Source: Verrucomicrobiota bacterium (GTDB taxonomy: Bacteria > Verrucomicrobiota > Verrucomicrobiia > Opitutales > Cerasicoccaceae). From it: a stretch of DNA of 64,000 nt. Location of the stretch: positions 564,460-628,459 of the forward strand of contig JBCBUK010000001.1 of NCBI GenBank assembly GCA_039818205.1, in the 5' to 3' direction. The notes beneath the pieces were generated by a model. That model saw only the letters and a program-made list of their open reading frames with translations, was not told the DNA's origin and ran no database searches. Made by a program: the position numbers and the translations under genes. How positions within the stretch are numbered: the stretch's first letter is position 1; each line of letters begins with the position of its first letter. Of the stretch, positions 40,954 through 52,068 are shown piece by piece.

Positions 40954-41232
40954 CTACGATCTCCCTCCCAGCACCCCAGGAAAATTTATGATAAATGAGG
41001 TCGAAAGCGAGATGACTAAAATCAATGCCGGCATGGAAGGATGATTGAAGTGAAGAAAAACCGAACGCGAGCCGTTCGCGCTCTGAATCGAGCCATGCGC
41101 ATTATCGAACTCCTGGAAGCCCCAATAGGATCCGGTGAGAACGAGAACCAACCAACTCAAAGAGATTACTGCCAACGTGATACAAATCACATTGATTAGG
41201 CGAAGCACGGTCTGATCGGAGGCCACTTTCAT
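40954..41232 (-). CDS. Small two-TM hypothetical protein
   Basis: Two hydrophobic stretches; directly after the FG-GAP gene on the same strand. Confidence 0.55.
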   Translation of the reverse strand: MKVASDQTVLRLINVICITLAVISLSWLVLVLTGSYWGFQEFDNAHGSIQSANGSRSVFLHFNHPSMPALILVISLSTSFIINFPGVLGGRS

Positions 41233-41263
41233 GCGATTACTCGACGTGACCAGCAACCGGATG

Positions 41264-43573
41264 CTAGTTCACAACTGGATCATCGGTCGATTCCTCAATT
41301 CCTTGAGGATAAAGTAGCATGCGATCATGAACTAATAATACGATATCATTCTTACCATCATTGGTAAAATCGCCGATCAAGATCTCCCGCGGTTCCAATG
41401 GAGCACCCTTGCGGCCACCGTAATGAAGGTCCTCTTCGAATACGTTGAAATGCAGTGCGCTTTGCCACGAGTCGCCACCGTCCCACTTGAGAATCTCCAG
41501 CACGTTATTTTGCCCATCGACCAAAAGAATCTCGGTGCCATCAGCCCCATTGAGTTCGGCAATTTTGATTTCGTTGTAAACAATCTCATTCAAATCCGAC
41601 TCGTAGGTCGCCATCGTATGCAGCGCTTCGGAATCGGAGCCATAGGGCGAACGCGTGATCGCACTCTTGCCCAACAAAACGATTTCAGAATCACCGCTCG
41701 ATTGCTCGTTGAGCACCGCCACAGGAGCGAGATCGCCGAGCTCAATCACTTGATCATAGCGATAGATGCCCGCATCGTCTCGCCGTAACACCTGAAACCC
41801 GCGTTCGCGGCTATCGAAAAGCAGCATATCGGCAACTCCGTCGTGATCGATATCACGCATGGACGGAATCGAAAGGCGATCATTGCCCGAGCGAGAATTA
41901 AACTGGTCGAGAACGGTCCGGCGCATCTCATCATTCAAGTATATCGCCCGAACAAATCCTTCAGCGGCAACAAGCAGTTCATCGTGGCCATCGCCGTTGA
42001 CATCGCCGAGACCAACCTTCGATAGATCGAGTTCACGCAAGCCCTCGACCTCGGCGATCACGTCGTCCCACTCATCCTCGGGTAGCTGGTTTAAGGCAGT
42101 CAGATCCAAGTAGCGGGCACTATCACGGGGAACTGCGATCAACAGGTCGGTTGTATCATCTTGATCAAGGTCGCTCAACAACAAGCCGGTGGGTTCCCGC
42201 CGGATGCCATCGAGCTGGATCGACTTGGCGACTGCCCACTGTTTTGCATCATCCGATTCCAATAGGTTGATATAATACTTCCCGCTGTCTTCCGTTAAAA
42301 CGATGAGCTGCTTGCTGTCATCAAGCCAAAGAATGCGTTTCGGCTCACCATTGAGGGTAACCGCATCCGGAAAAACAAATCGTTCACCATTCCAGCGAGT
42401 CAATCCAACCGTGTTCTCTTTCTCGCTTAAAACAAAGAGCTCAGCTTGTTGGTCACCGTCAATATCAGCGGCGGCCAAGGCCTCGACACCCTGGAACGAC
42501 GGATAGGATTTCGCGGGTTTCCACCCGCCCGACGAACTTCCGGACAGCATCCAGATTTGCGCATTTGCAGAGTCGGCAGCGACGATATCCCCTATTCCAT
42601 CGCCATCGAAATCGCCAAAAGCATAGGCTTCCGGTGAGCTGACATCAGCACCCGTTGAGTAGTACTCGATTGGCCATTCCGATCCTCGATCATCGGCCTT
42701 AGTTGGGGTGAGTTGCTCCACCCGCAGCTTTCCGGTTCTGGGTTCGATCAACATAATTTGCGGTTGAACAGCATCGGGATCGACCCAGGCCACCCCTGGC
42801 GTCGCGGTGTCCAAAGAATATGCCGCTTCGGCGCCTGGCCCGTTCACTGGCTCCCACTCGACGATACGCAACGCCCGCGAAGAACTCGGCACACGATACG
42901 TGAATCGAATGGGGCTATCCGCGGTTGCCTCCATGATATCCAAATCTTTGCCACTACCCGCCATGCGGTGCAGCTCGTGTAGCTTGATCGGCTGACCTCG
43001 CTCATTAAAGGCGAAAACCATGAGACGGTCTTTCGTCAACATCACCAGCTCGAGCCCGTCGTGCTCATCGGAAAGCTCAAAGAGCTGCATCGTGCTGTTC
43101 CACGGCAACGCTTCCAGCGCATCATACTCACGCTTGTCTCCCCATGATCCAGGTTCGAGCTGTGGAACGACCACCAACGGCTCATCCTTGGACGAGAAAA
43201 CAATGTCCGGCAGCCCATCCCCCGTTACATCACCAAGCTCGAGATCATACATAGCAATCCCGCTCACCACGCCTTCGGCGTTGAATCGTGTGTCCTCCAA
43301 CACAGGGTCCCATCGGTCGCGGCGGATGGTTCGATTCTTCACTGGTTCGCTATCGGGGTCGCGCTGATACAAAATCTCGATACGGGCGCGGTCGTTATTA
43401 ATGACCCCAATGTCTTCCCGACCATCCTGGTCAACGTCCGCGTGGGCCAATGCGCGGGTTCCCCAATCCAACTTGGTAATCTCGGGTCCTGAAAGGATAA
43501 CCGCGGGTGAATCGGTAGCCTCATCCGCAAACAACGGTAAGGCAGCTAAGAAAAATGCTAAGGTAAATCGCAT
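41264..43573 (-). CDS. Secreted FG-GAP/VCBS repeat beta-propeller protein
   Basis: Signal peptide; many D.D.DG..D Ca-binding repeats (DVDQDGRED, DVTGDGLPD, DFDGDGIGD, DVNGDGHDE, DFTNDGKND). Confidence 0.9.
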   Translation of the reverse strand: MRFTLAFFLAALPLFADEATDSPAVILSGPEITKLDWGTRALAHADVDQDGREDIGVINNDRARIEILYQRDPDSEPVKNRTIRRDRWDPVLEDTRFNAEGVVSGIAMYDLELGDVTGDGLPDIVFSSKDEPLVVVPQLEPGSWGDKREYDALEALPWNSTMQLFELSDEHDGLELVMLTKDRLMVFAFNERGQPIKLHELHRMAGSGKDLDIMEATADSPIRFTYRVPSSSRALRIVEWEPVNGPGAEAAYSLDTATPGVAWVDPDAVQPQIMLIEPRTGKLRVEQLTPTKADDRGSEWPIEYYSTGADVSSPEAYAFGDFDGDGIGDIVAADSANAQIWMLSGSSSGGWKPAKSYPSFQGVEALAAADIDGDQQAELFVLSEKENTVGLTRWNGERFVFPDAVTLNGEPKRILWLDDSKQLIVLTEDSGKYYINLLESDDAKQWAVAKSIQLDGIRREPTGLLLSDLDQDDTTDLLIAVPRDSARYLDLTALNQLPEDEWDDVIAEVEGLRELDLSKVGLGDVNGDGHDELLVAAEGFVRAIYLNDEMRRTVLDQFNSRSGNDRLSIPSMRDIDHDGVADMLLFDSRERGFQVLRRDDAGIYRYDQVIELGDLAPVAVLNEQSSGDSEIVLLGKSAITRSPYGSDSEALHTMATYESDLNEIVYNEIKIAELNGADGTEILLVDGQNNVLEILKWDGGDSWQSALHFNVFEEDLHYGGRKGAPLEPREILIGDFTNDGKNDIVLLVHDRMLLYPQGIEESTDDPVVN

Positions 43574-43580
43574 GGCACTC

Positions 43581-45329
43581 CTATTCCTTGGGGATAATAA
43601 TGGTCTCATTCACTTGCGCACCATCTAATACGTAAGCTCCGGAGAGGACGATATACGGCAACTCCACATCTTGAAAAATTTCGAGAAATTCAGGGTTCAG
43701 GCTATCATCAAGCGCGCCCATTGTCCAATCGGGCTGGAGCAATCCCGAAAGCTTTTCCATCGCTTGCCCGAGGTCATAATACTCATTACCAATGGGATTT
43801 GGCGGCAACTCTTTGAGCGCATTGACAACATCCACCTCACTCCAGAGACCATCATCGGACTCATTCAATCGGTAGAGCGTGCGCTCCAGCGGCTTTATCG
43901 AGCCGGTGCCCACGAACAAATAGTCATTGGCTAAGGCATAGCCGAAACCCGAATCGCCACCTGCCTGCGCATTGAGAGAAAAGATCGTATAATCAAGGAA
44001 CTCGCGTTCTTGGATCACCTCCATCCCTGGGAGGAAAACTTCCGTCATAGCCTTAATAGAATTCTGGAACGCCTGCGGGTCACGGACCGGAATCGCAAAC
44101 ACCATGGACTCGTTGGGTATTCCGTAATCGAGAGAATCATCCTCCGCTGGATCACCTGATTCGTCTTCCCAAAGACTAAAAGAATAAAAATGTTCGCCGA
44201 AATTATTGATTAGTGATTCGCGCAAATCGATGCCCGACTTCTCACGAAAGTTGTCCAATTGCAGTTGAAGCAATGCACCAAAATTCGGGCTCATGTCATT
44301 CATCAATCCCTCGAAGGCGGTCCATGCCCCCTGAAAATCAATCATCGCCACGGTCGACTTTACGGCATCCTCGGGAACCCAATGCGGATACTCGATTGGG
44401 TCTTGGCTGTAAGCCATTAAACTCAAGAGGCCACGCCGCTCGTCATAAAGAAATCCAAATGACGAAGACAGGTACTCACCTTCGACATCAATTGACGCAA
44501 AAGCAGCGTCCAAGGTGTCGAGGGCCAAGCTCGACCACAAACTATCAAAGGTGACACCTAGCGGATTGAGCGGCAACTCACCGATCTCATTTTTCATGTA
44601 ATCCTGTAAAACGGTAACCGCGCTACCGAGGTTGGCGTAGGCGCGCATTTGCCCCTCTCCAGCGAGATCCAATGCCCGTTGAAAGTCGGCCGACTCAGCC
44701 AAACTATCGCGGGCTGATCCATCCAGCACGGCATCGACCGTATTCTTTAACAGCTCGAGCGAAGTCGTCTCGATCGCAATGCCGTCCACCAATGCCCAAT
44801 ACTCGGCAGCCCAGGAGTCTTCGTCACCGAAGTCCAGTTCCTCGATAAACAGAGTCGTTCCCGCGTAGTCCTCTTCAAGCAATAGAACCGCGCCGGAATC
44901 CTCACCGCGATCGATCGTTTGCAGAAACTTGTAAGCGTCGAGGTCGCCGCCAAAATCGGCCATGATCACAATGTTGGGCTCCGGATCAACCTCGCCTTCG
45001 TCGAGCGACACGATTGAAAAGCTAATGCGCCCGTTGATGAGCTCTTCAATATTGCTGAACGAGAGAGCCTCCCCTCCAGGCAGTAAATATTGCTCACCAT
45101 CATCCAGCTCGAAAGGCTCATCGTTCTCGGAGAGCCATTCCTCCCGTTTCTCTTCGGAAATCAATTTTCCCAGAGCACCGGAGTCCATCGTCTCCAGAAG
45201 TCCGGGTGCGCTATCGATCGAAACGCTCAGCAGAGTGGTCTCGGGCAGAAACGTCTCCAAATAGTCTTTTGCCCAGCCGCTTTTGGTCACCAAAAGCGTG
45301 AGCGCGAAACAACGCAAAATACGGCTCAT
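43581..45329 (-). CDS. Exported acidic protein, DUF3352-like
   Basis: Signal peptide, LPETT, very acidic; family from overall resemblance only. Confidence 0.65.
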   Translation of the reverse strand: MSRILRCFALTLLVTKSGWAKDYLETFLPETTLLSVSIDSAPGLLETMDSGALGKLISEEKREEWLSENDEPFELDDGEQYLLPGGEALSFSNIEELINGRISFSIVSLDEGEVDPEPNIVIMADFGGDLDAYKFLQTIDRGEDSGAVLLLEEDYAGTTLFIEELDFGDEDSWAAEYWALVDGIAIETTSLELLKNTVDAVLDGSARDSLAESADFQRALDLAGEGQMRAYANLGSAVTVLQDYMKNEIGELPLNPLGVTFDSLWSSLALDTLDAAFASIDVEGEYLSSSFGFLYDERRGLLSLMAYSQDPIEYPHWVPEDAVKSTVAMIDFQGAWTAFEGLMNDMSPNFGALLQLQLDNFREKSGIDLRESLINNFGEHFYSFSLWEDESGDPAEDDSLDYGIPNESMVFAIPVRDPQAFQNSIKAMTEVFLPGMEVIQEREFLDYTIFSLNAQAGGDSGFGYALANDYLFVGTGSIKPLERTLYRLNESDDGLWSEVDVVNALKELPPNPIGNEYYDLGQAMEKLSGLLQPDWTMGALDDSLNPEFLEIFQDVELPYIVLSGAYVLDGAQVNETIIIPKE

Positions 45330-46270
45330 TCGGAAATATCTTTAACAGCGGCAGTTGGCGGCGTATTGTAACGGAATCCGGTATTGGGGTTTCGAGGGTC
45401 GAAGGCAAACGCGTCGCGATTTTCGAGGAAGAATTTCACGACGTTGGCGGGAATAGCAAAAGCCAGGCCCTCAGCGCCCATCGCAACGACCTTCATATTG
45501 TTCACACCAACGACTTCGCCCTTCAAATTAAACAGCGGTCCACCCGAATTACCCGGGCTGATCTCCGTCGTGGTTTGAATGTATACGCGACCATCGATCG
45601 GGCGGTTGCGATTGCTGACAATACCCTGTGAAACCGTACGGTCCAACCCAAGCGGACTCCCGATCGCAAAAACCGTCTGCCCTTGTTTCAAATCATTGGA
45701 CTGGCCCAGCGGTACTGCTCTCAGCTCTTCGCCAGCGGAAAGCTCCAGTTTCAAAAGTGCCAAATCAGCACCAGGATTACTGGCCACAATCTTGACGTTG
45801 TCGTGCTGCTCGCGCTCTAACGAGTTATCCTCTTCGCGAAAAATGGTGACCGAAATCTCGTGCTCGCCAGCGATCACGTGATCATTGGTGACCAAGTAAC
45901 CCTCGGGGTGAATGACGAAGCCACTCCCAAGCCCGGTTGGCGTGCGAATAAGCACAACAGATTCACCGTATTGATCCACCCAATCGCCCACGGGCATCGT
46001 ATGATTTTCTGAAATCGTTTGGTAAATCCCATCACTAATGGATGACACTTCAGACTGAATGCCTTCGACATCAATGCCAACAATCGCGTCTCTCGGAATC
46101 TCCAAAACAGTGAACCCAAGATCAACATAAACACTCGTAGGGCGTTCGTGGACTAAAGAACCACTGATTGAATTGCCCTCGTTTAACGTAATAGTGGCTT
46201 TTTCCGCACTCAATGCGCTGGCGGCCAGACCAATCACAAAATACAAAGTTCGTCTCACGAATAAAATCAT
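45326..46270 (-). CDS. Trypsin-like serine protease (S1C/HtrA-type, no PDZ domain)
   Basis: GSGF, VTNDHVI (His), DLALL (Asp), ISPGNSGGPL (Ser); signal peptide. Confidence 0.93.
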   Translation of the reverse strand: MILFVRRTLYFVIGLAASALSAEKATITLNEGNSISGSLVHERPTSVYVDLGFTVLEIPRDAIVGIDVEGIQSEVSSISDGIYQTISENHTMPVGDWVDQYGESVVLIRTPTGLGSGFVIHPEGYLVTNDHVIAGEHEISVTIFREEDNSLEREQHDNVKIVASNPGADLALLKLELSAGEELRAVPLGQSNDLKQGQTVFAIGSPLGLDRTVSQGIVSNRNRPIDGRVYIQTTTEISPGNSGGPLFNLKGEVVGVNNMKVVAMGAEGLAFAIPANVVKFFLENRDAFAFDPRNPNTGFRYNTPPTAAVKDISE

Positions 46271-46372
46271 ACTTAATATTAGGAACAGCGCAAGTGCGGG
46301 TTTGGTTCCGTTAACATTCGCTAAAGTCCACAGTATGATTGAATTGCGCAGACCGTGGACTCGCCAATCAAT

Positions 46373-46900
46373 TTAGCCTTCCGAACGAAGAAGGAACCGA
46401 TAAGGAGCAGAAACCCAAGGCTCGCCCGCGTAGTCGATACCGATACGCGGGGTCGTCAAAACTTCCTCGGGCGCAACGCCCTCCCCAATCTCGATCCAAA
46501 GCCCAATCCCCGGACACGCCTCAAGTCCATTGAACTGCCGGTCGATCTGCATCGCCTTTGTCAAACGACCCGGGCCCGATACCTCGCCCGCTCCACGTAT
46601 TAAAACCGCTGCCGGGAACCCAACGGGCCCCGTCACGACATTCAGCAACCAATGAACACCATAACACAGGTAAACGTAGAACACCCCCGCTGGCCCAAAC
46701 ATGACCGCGTTACGGGGCGTTTGGCCGCGGTGCGCATGACAGGCGCGATCTTCCGGACCGTCATATGCCTCGACTTCGGTAAGTTGCCATCGCAATACCG
46801 ATCCATCGGCAAGCTGCCGACATAGGTGCTGTCCGATTAGATCGTTTGCTACATCAAGGGTCGGCCGCTCAAAAAAATCGTGGCCGACAACCGTTCTCAT
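46373..46900 (-). CDS. mpg: DNA-3-methyladenine glycosylase (MPG/AAG family)
   Basis: EVEAYDGPED.ACHA, YVYLCYGVHW.LN, AVLIR, GPGRL, PRIGI. Confidence 0.95.
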   Translation of the reverse strand: MRTVVGHDFFERPTLDVANDLIGQHLCRQLADGSVLRWQLTEVEAYDGPEDRACHAHRGQTPRNAVMFGPAGVFYVYLCYGVHWLLNVVTGPVGFPAAVLIRGAGEVSGPGRLTKAMQIDRQFNGLEACPGIGLWIEIGEGVAPEEVLTTPRIGIDYAGEPWVSAPYRFLLRSEG

Positions 46901-46921
46901 CCTGCGTCAATTCGACGAATG

Positions 46922-48433
46922 CTACCCGCCAATCAATCCGCCTTGAAAGAACCCGAAAACAACGGTCAATGCAGCCAGCAGGCCCAGGGTGATCTTGTGA
47001 GAAATCCCCAGCGACCCTGGCATTGGGAAAGCGGGTTTGGCCTCGTCACCAGGCAGATTAACCTTCGCGAAGTAAGCCTCACGGATCCACCCGAAGTAGT
47101 AATATATCGAGATCACAACCCCAATAATCGCCGCACCGAGCAAAGTATAAAGCTCACCCTGAAAAGCCGCGACAAAGAGCAACAACTTACCGATGAAGCC
47201 AGCCAACGGTGGAATTCCAGCCAACGATCCCAAACCGACCGCCAAGACACCGGCCAGGAATGGCTGACGCTCCGCCAGTTTTTGGTATTGGTCGATTTCC
47301 TGAATTTCGTCTTCAGCACCAGCCAATTGAATCATGACCCCGAAAACGGCAAATGAGGCGAACAAATAGGCAAACAGATAAAAGACAATTGCCCAAACGG
47401 CAAACTCAACGCCGGCAGCCAGTGCAACGACCCCGACCAACAGGTAGCCGGCATGGGCAATACCAGATAGACCAATTAGACGTTTGAGGTTACGTTGCCC
47501 CAACGCGGTGATGTTACCAAACAAAATGGTAATGATCGCGATCGCTGATAGCAGCGGAATAACTAGCTTGCCCAGAGATGCAAATGGCACCGCGACCAGA
47601 TTCACCAAAACCATAAATCCAGCGGCCTTGGAAGAGACCGCGAGGAAAGCAGTCACCGGAGTCGGTGCACCCTGATAAACATCGGGAACCCAAATTTGAA
47701 ATGGAACGGCGCCAATCTTGAAACAGATGCCGCAAATCACGAGCACCGTGCCGATCAGGACCAAGGGCTCTTGTGGATTCTCCTGAATGAAGCTGCCCAG
47801 AGCGGCAAAGTTCATTGCATCTGTGGTATGACCCGGCAGGCCCGGGTTGCTCGCCGCACCGTAGAGCAAAACAATACCGAAGAGCAAAATAGCGGAGCTC
47901 AAGGCGCCGAGTATCAGGTATTTAAGACCGGCTTCGAGTGAAAACGGATTGTAACGGCAATAGGCGACCAGGACGTAGAAGCCGATCGTGACCGTTTCTA
48001 GTGCGACAAAAACCATCACGAAATTGCTTGCCTGCACAAGCAACATCATTGCTGCGCTTACGAGAATCACCAGGTGGTAAAACTCGGTTCGAGGAAGATT
48101 CTGCCGGCTGAGATACGGGATGCCAAGATAGCAGACCAAGATCGAGCCAAGCACAAAGAATATTCGGAGATACGGAGTCGCCTCGGTCGGCGCAATCATT
48201 CCGCCAAACAAGGCTCCGGACACGTCATAGCAACCGCACCCCATCAACAGCATGATGAGAAGCGCAAGCTGGCCTCCGATCGCGACCAGCGGAATGATCC
48301 GCTTGCGGGTCGAAGGCAGGAACAAATCTAATACCAACAGAGCGAGCGCGATCCCCGCCATGGCAAGTTCGGGAAAAATCGCGTTCCAATCGTTAGTCTG
48401 CGCAATCTCCTTAAATCCTGATAAAGTACTCAT
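46922..48433 (-). CDS. nuoN: NADH-quinone oxidoreductase subunit N
   Basis: EAGLKY, FKIGAVPFQ.WVPDVYQGAP, SLAGIPPLAGF.GK. Confidence 0.97.
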   Translation of the reverse strand: MSTLSGFKEIAQTNDWNAIFPELAMAGIALALLVLDLFLPSTRKRIIPLVAIGGQLALLIMLLMGCGCYDVSGALFGGMIAPTEATPYLRIFFVLGSILVCYLGIPYLSRQNLPRTEFYHLVILVSAAMMLLVQASNFVMVFVALETVTIGFYVLVAYCRYNPFSLEAGLKYLILGALSSAILLFGIVLLYGAASNPGLPGHTTDAMNFAALGSFIQENPQEPLVLIGTVLVICGICFKIGAVPFQIWVPDVYQGAPTPVTAFLAVSSKAAGFMVLVNLVAVPFASLGKLVIPLLSAIAIITILFGNITALGQRNLKRLIGLSGIAHAGYLLVGVVALAAGVEFAVWAIVFYLFAYLFASFAVFGVMIQLAGAEDEIQEIDQYQKLAERQPFLAGVLAVGLGSLAGIPPLAGFIGKLLLFVAAFQGELYTLLGAAIIGVVISIYYYFGWIREAYFAKVNLPGDEAKPAFPMPGSLGISHKITLGLLAALTVVFGFFQGGLIGG

Positions 48434-50061
48434 AGCGGTTGATCCCCTTGCTCATTCGCAGAGGCCTCTTCGGCAATTTGCAATACCGTCGTCTCCTCCG
48501 GCGCATCCAAGGACGCGCTGTTTTTTAAGTCGATCGGAGCCTGCTCAAAAACAGCCTGATCCGTAACGGCCGACTCAATTGATTGGGAAATGCCCATGGG
48601 CCAAAGGCCAATAACGCCAAGCGTTAGCAGCAAAATGGTTGCTGGTGCGCGTTCAGCCAAAGTGATGTCTCCGATCTCTCGATGGCTGGAGACTTGCTTA
48701 AATTCATCGGACTGAGGCCCAAAAAATATGTTTGATGCCGCGCGCAGGCCGTAGATGGCCGAGATGACAACGCCAAAAACTGCTGGCGCAACCGCCCACG
48801 CGTGGTTCTCCCATAGGGCAATGAACACTGTAAACTCACCCCAGAAGTTGGCAAAGCCCGGCAAACCGATAGATGCCATGCTCGCGGCCACAAAAAATGC
48901 GGCGAGCACGGGGGCCTTAGGCCCAAGCCCTCCGATTGCCTTCATGTCGTAGGTTCCGGTTCGATTAAATACGGCGGTCGCCAGCACAAACATCAATGCA
49001 ACCGAGAGTCCGTGGGCGAACATCAGCATCACGGCACCACCGATTCCGACGACCGACATCGTCGCGATACCCAGGAAAATGTAGCCCATGTGCATGACCG
49101 AACTGTAACCAATCATCAGCTTCAGATCTCTTTGAGCAATCGTTACGAATCCGATTATCACAATGTTGCCAAGTGCCAGCCAAACAATCCAGTCGTTCCA
49201 GATGATTGCCCCTTGGGGCACCAACGGAACGGCAATCTGAACCAAACCATAAAGGCCAAATTTTTTCAGAACCCCAGCATGGAGCATGGCATTGGCGGTT
49301 GGTGCGGCGGCATAACCCCGTGGCGCCCATGAATGAAATGGAAACAGCGATACCAAAATACCAAAGCCAAACAGCAAAAGTGCAAAAATATTGTCCGAGG
49401 CAACGTCGCCGATCGGATGCTGCGATAAATACTCCTGCAGGCCAATCAGACTAAAGCCATAATTAGTATCCCAGCCGGTTTGGCCATAAATGGCAATCAG
49501 GCCCAACAGGGAAAGCATGGCCCCGAGCGTGAGATAGACCGTCATCTCCATTGCGGCAACCCGGCGCCCCTCACCACCCCAGATTCCTATCATGATGAAG
49601 GTCGGGATAAGCGCGAGCTCGTGGAAGAAATAGAAGAAGAAGATATCGATTGAGGAGAAGACGCCCATGAGGCCGGACTGCATCACGAGCAAGAGAGCCA
49701 TGTAAAGGTGCAGACGCTCGGCTTGGGAATACATCGCGTGAATACCCGCGGCGAGTCCAACGATACCGGCCAGTAGATAAAGCGGCATCGAAATCCCATT
49801 CAGCCCGAGTAGAAGTGTGATGCCCACACTGTCGCGCAAGCCCGTGTCCCAGGCTCCCATAAACGCGTAGCCCATGTGGCTTTTGTCCGCGCCTTCAAAC
49901 CCCATCCACAGATAAACCGCGATCACCGCTGGAACCATGAAGCCGATTGCAGCAATCAGGCGGACACCCGCGTTTCCTACGGATCGACCGAAAAACAGCA
50001 CCAAAGCGGCCGACAGCGGCACGAAAATGGACAGAAGTAGTAATGTGGGTTCAGAAATCAT
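48430..50061 (-). CDS. nuoM: NADH-quinone oxidoreductase subunit M
   Basis: ELALIP, PFHSW, YSSVMHMG, AHGL, GLPGFANF.GEF. Confidence 0.97.
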   Translation of the reverse strand: MISEPTLLLLSIFVPLSAALVLFFGRSVGNAGVRLIAAIGFMVPAVIAVYLWMGFEGADKSHMGYAFMGAWDTGLRDSVGITLLLGLNGISMPLYLLAGIVGLAAGIHAMYSQAERLHLYMALLLVMQSGLMGVFSSIDIFFFYFFHELALIPTFIMIGIWGGEGRRVAAMEMTVYLTLGAMLSLLGLIAIYGQTGWDTNYGFSLIGLQEYLSQHPIGDVASDNIFALLLFGFGILVSLFPFHSWAPRGYAAAPTANAMLHAGVLKKFGLYGLVQIAVPLVPQGAIIWNDWIVWLALGNIVIIGFVTIAQRDLKLMIGYSSVMHMGYIFLGIATMSVVGIGGAVMLMFAHGLSVALMFVLATAVFNRTGTYDMKAIGGLGPKAPVLAAFFVAASMASIGLPGFANFWGEFTVFIALWENHAWAVAPAVFGVVISAIYGLRAASNIFFGPQSDEFKQVSSHREIGDITLAERAPATILLLTLGVIGLWPMGISQSIESAVTDQAVFEQAPIDLKNSASLDAPEETTVLQIAEEASANEQGDQPL

Positions 50062-52053
50062 CTACTTTAATACTCCCAATGCAAAGGCTCCGAAGATAAT
50101 CACTCCAGCTAGGAACCAATAAACGTATCCATGAATGTTGCCAACGTGCAGGGAACGCGAGACCATCCCAAACAGACCAGCGACTCCGGCAGTTCCCCGA
50201 ACGAGGAGACCGGAAATTAAGAATTGATCCAAAACCGAGAGCAGATTGGCGAATCGCTGTTGAACGTTAACAACATACCAATCGTAAACGTCATCAAACC
50301 AGCCATGCCGCTCCAACATCTTATAGATGATGGGCATGGTTGTTTGCAATCGGTCAGATTTCGGCCCGAGGCCATAGTAATAAAAAGTGAAGACAAATCC
50401 CGCGAGCATTGCCACGAACGAAGCAAACTCCAGTAGCAATCCAAAGCCCGTTTCTTTGACCACGTGGTGGGCCGCATCCCAGCCCCCACCGTATCCGTGG
50501 TGAATTGGGTGTCCGTGGTCTTCCGCATTGGACATCGCTTCACCGTAGCCTTCCATCATGAAGACAGCAGTGTCGGCCGGAATAATGCCGTTCATCTCAC
50601 CGTCGGCCCATTTGATATCCCAAACGAACCAACCGGCGCCAACCGATAGAATCCATCCGAGAACGACCAACGGAACGGTCATCCAGAGGCTCGATTCCTT
50701 GGCGTGCTCAGCCTTTTCACTGTTGGGCTTACCCATGAATACGACAAAGAACATCCGCCCCATGTAGAGGGAGGTGGTCAAGGCCGCGACGAGCACGATG
50801 ATCCAAATTGCAAAGTAGCTTCGATCACCGGTTTCGGCACCGACGCCAAAAGCGGCCGAAATAATGGTGTCCTTACTGAAGAAGCCGGCCGTAAACGGAA
50901 ATGCGGATATCGAAAGCGCGGCAAGTAGGAAGGCCCAGCCAGTAATTGGCATCTTCTTCCAGAGGCCACCCATCTTAAACATGTCTTGTTCGTGATGGCA
51001 GGCGTGAATGACCGAGCCCGAGCAGAGGAACAAAGTGGCCTTAAAGCAGGCGTGCATTGCCATGTGCATAATGGCGAGACCCGGAAACCCAAGGCCAAGC
51101 GCGGTGCCCATGTAGCCCAGGTGAGAAAGTGTCGAATAGGCCAGTGACTTCTTAATATCATTTTGCCCAAGCGCCCAAAACCCAGCGAGCATCGCCATCG
51201 CGGCGCAGATCCAAACGATAACCTTCAGGACGTCTGGCGTCAGCAAGAAGAAGACGTGCACCATGAAGTAGACCCCGGCGGCGACCATCGTTGCCGCGTG
51301 AATGAGTGCTGAAACCGGAGTCGGACCAGCCATCGCATCGGTCAACCAAACCTGGAGTGGGAATTGCGCGCTCTTTCCAAGGAAACCGCACATCAGCAGG
51401 AGACCAATTCCGGTTTCTGCATGCTTGTCACCACTGGCGATCAGAGCATTCATTTCGGCGAAATCGACAGTTCCGTAATAGTAATAGGCCCAGACAATAC
51501 CGACCAGAAAACCGAAATCACCAATCCGGTTAACGATGAATGCTTTCTTGGATGCTGCGGCGGCGTAATCCTTGTCCCAATAATGCGCAATCAGCATATA
51601 TGAGCTGAATCCAACCAGCTCCCAGAAAATGAAAATCATGAACAGGTTGCTCGAGAGCACGATGCCGAGCATGGAGAACATGAAAATCGATAGACCCGCA
51701 AAGAAGCGGCCCTTGTCCTTGTCGTCATCCATGTAGCCGACGCTGAACATGTGGATGAAAAATCCGACGAAGGCCACGACGGCGAGCATGGTTGCCGTCT
51801 CGTAGGTAAAGTAGTATCCGATATCGATCTGAAAATCACCGAACTGCATCCAGGTATAGCTGTATTCCGGCCCAGACAAGGTCGTGCCGTTCCAGTCGAA
51901 GAGCACCATGAATGCCAGGCAAGCGATGATGAACGCCGCCGTGAGGGAAATGCCAGCCGCGACGTAGCCTCCCCGACGGAAAAACAGACCGATAATCGCC
52001 GCTGATATCAGCGGAACCGCAAGTAGTAGATTGAACAGGTTGAGAAAATCCAT
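50062..52053 (-). CDS. nuoL: NADH-quinone oxidoreductase subunit L
   Basis: WELVG, NRIGD, KSAQFPL..WL.DAMAGPTPVSALIHAATMV. Confidence 0.98.
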   Translation of the reverse strand: MDFLNLFNLLLAVPLISAAIIGLFFRRGGYVAAGISLTAAFIIACLAFMVLFDWNGTTLSGPEYSYTWMQFGDFQIDIGYYFTYETATMLAVVAFVGFFIHMFSVGYMDDDKDKGRFFAGLSIFMFSMLGIVLSSNLFMIFIFWELVGFSSYMLIAHYWDKDYAAAASKKAFIVNRIGDFGFLVGIVWAYYYYGTVDFAEMNALIASGDKHAETGIGLLLMCGFLGKSAQFPLQVWLTDAMAGPTPVSALIHAATMVAAGVYFMVHVFFLLTPDVLKVIVWICAAMAMLAGFWALGQNDIKKSLAYSTLSHLGYMGTALGLGFPGLAIMHMAMHACFKATLFLCSGSVIHACHHEQDMFKMGGLWKKMPITGWAFLLAALSISAFPFTAGFFSKDTIISAAFGVGAETGDRSYFAIWIIVLVAALTTSLYMGRMFFVVFMGKPNSEKAEHAKESSLWMTVPLVVLGWILSVGAGWFVWDIKWADGEMNGIIPADTAVFMMEGYGEAMSNAEDHGHPIHHGYGGGWDAAHHVVKETGFGLLLEFASFVAMLAGFVFTFYYYGLGPKSDRLQTTMPIIYKMLERHGWFDDVYDWYVVNVQQRFANLLSVLDQFLISGLLVRGTAGVAGLFGMVSRSLHVGNIHGYVYWFLAGVIIFGAFALGVLK

Positions 52054-52068
52054 AGCAGCAATTCCCGG

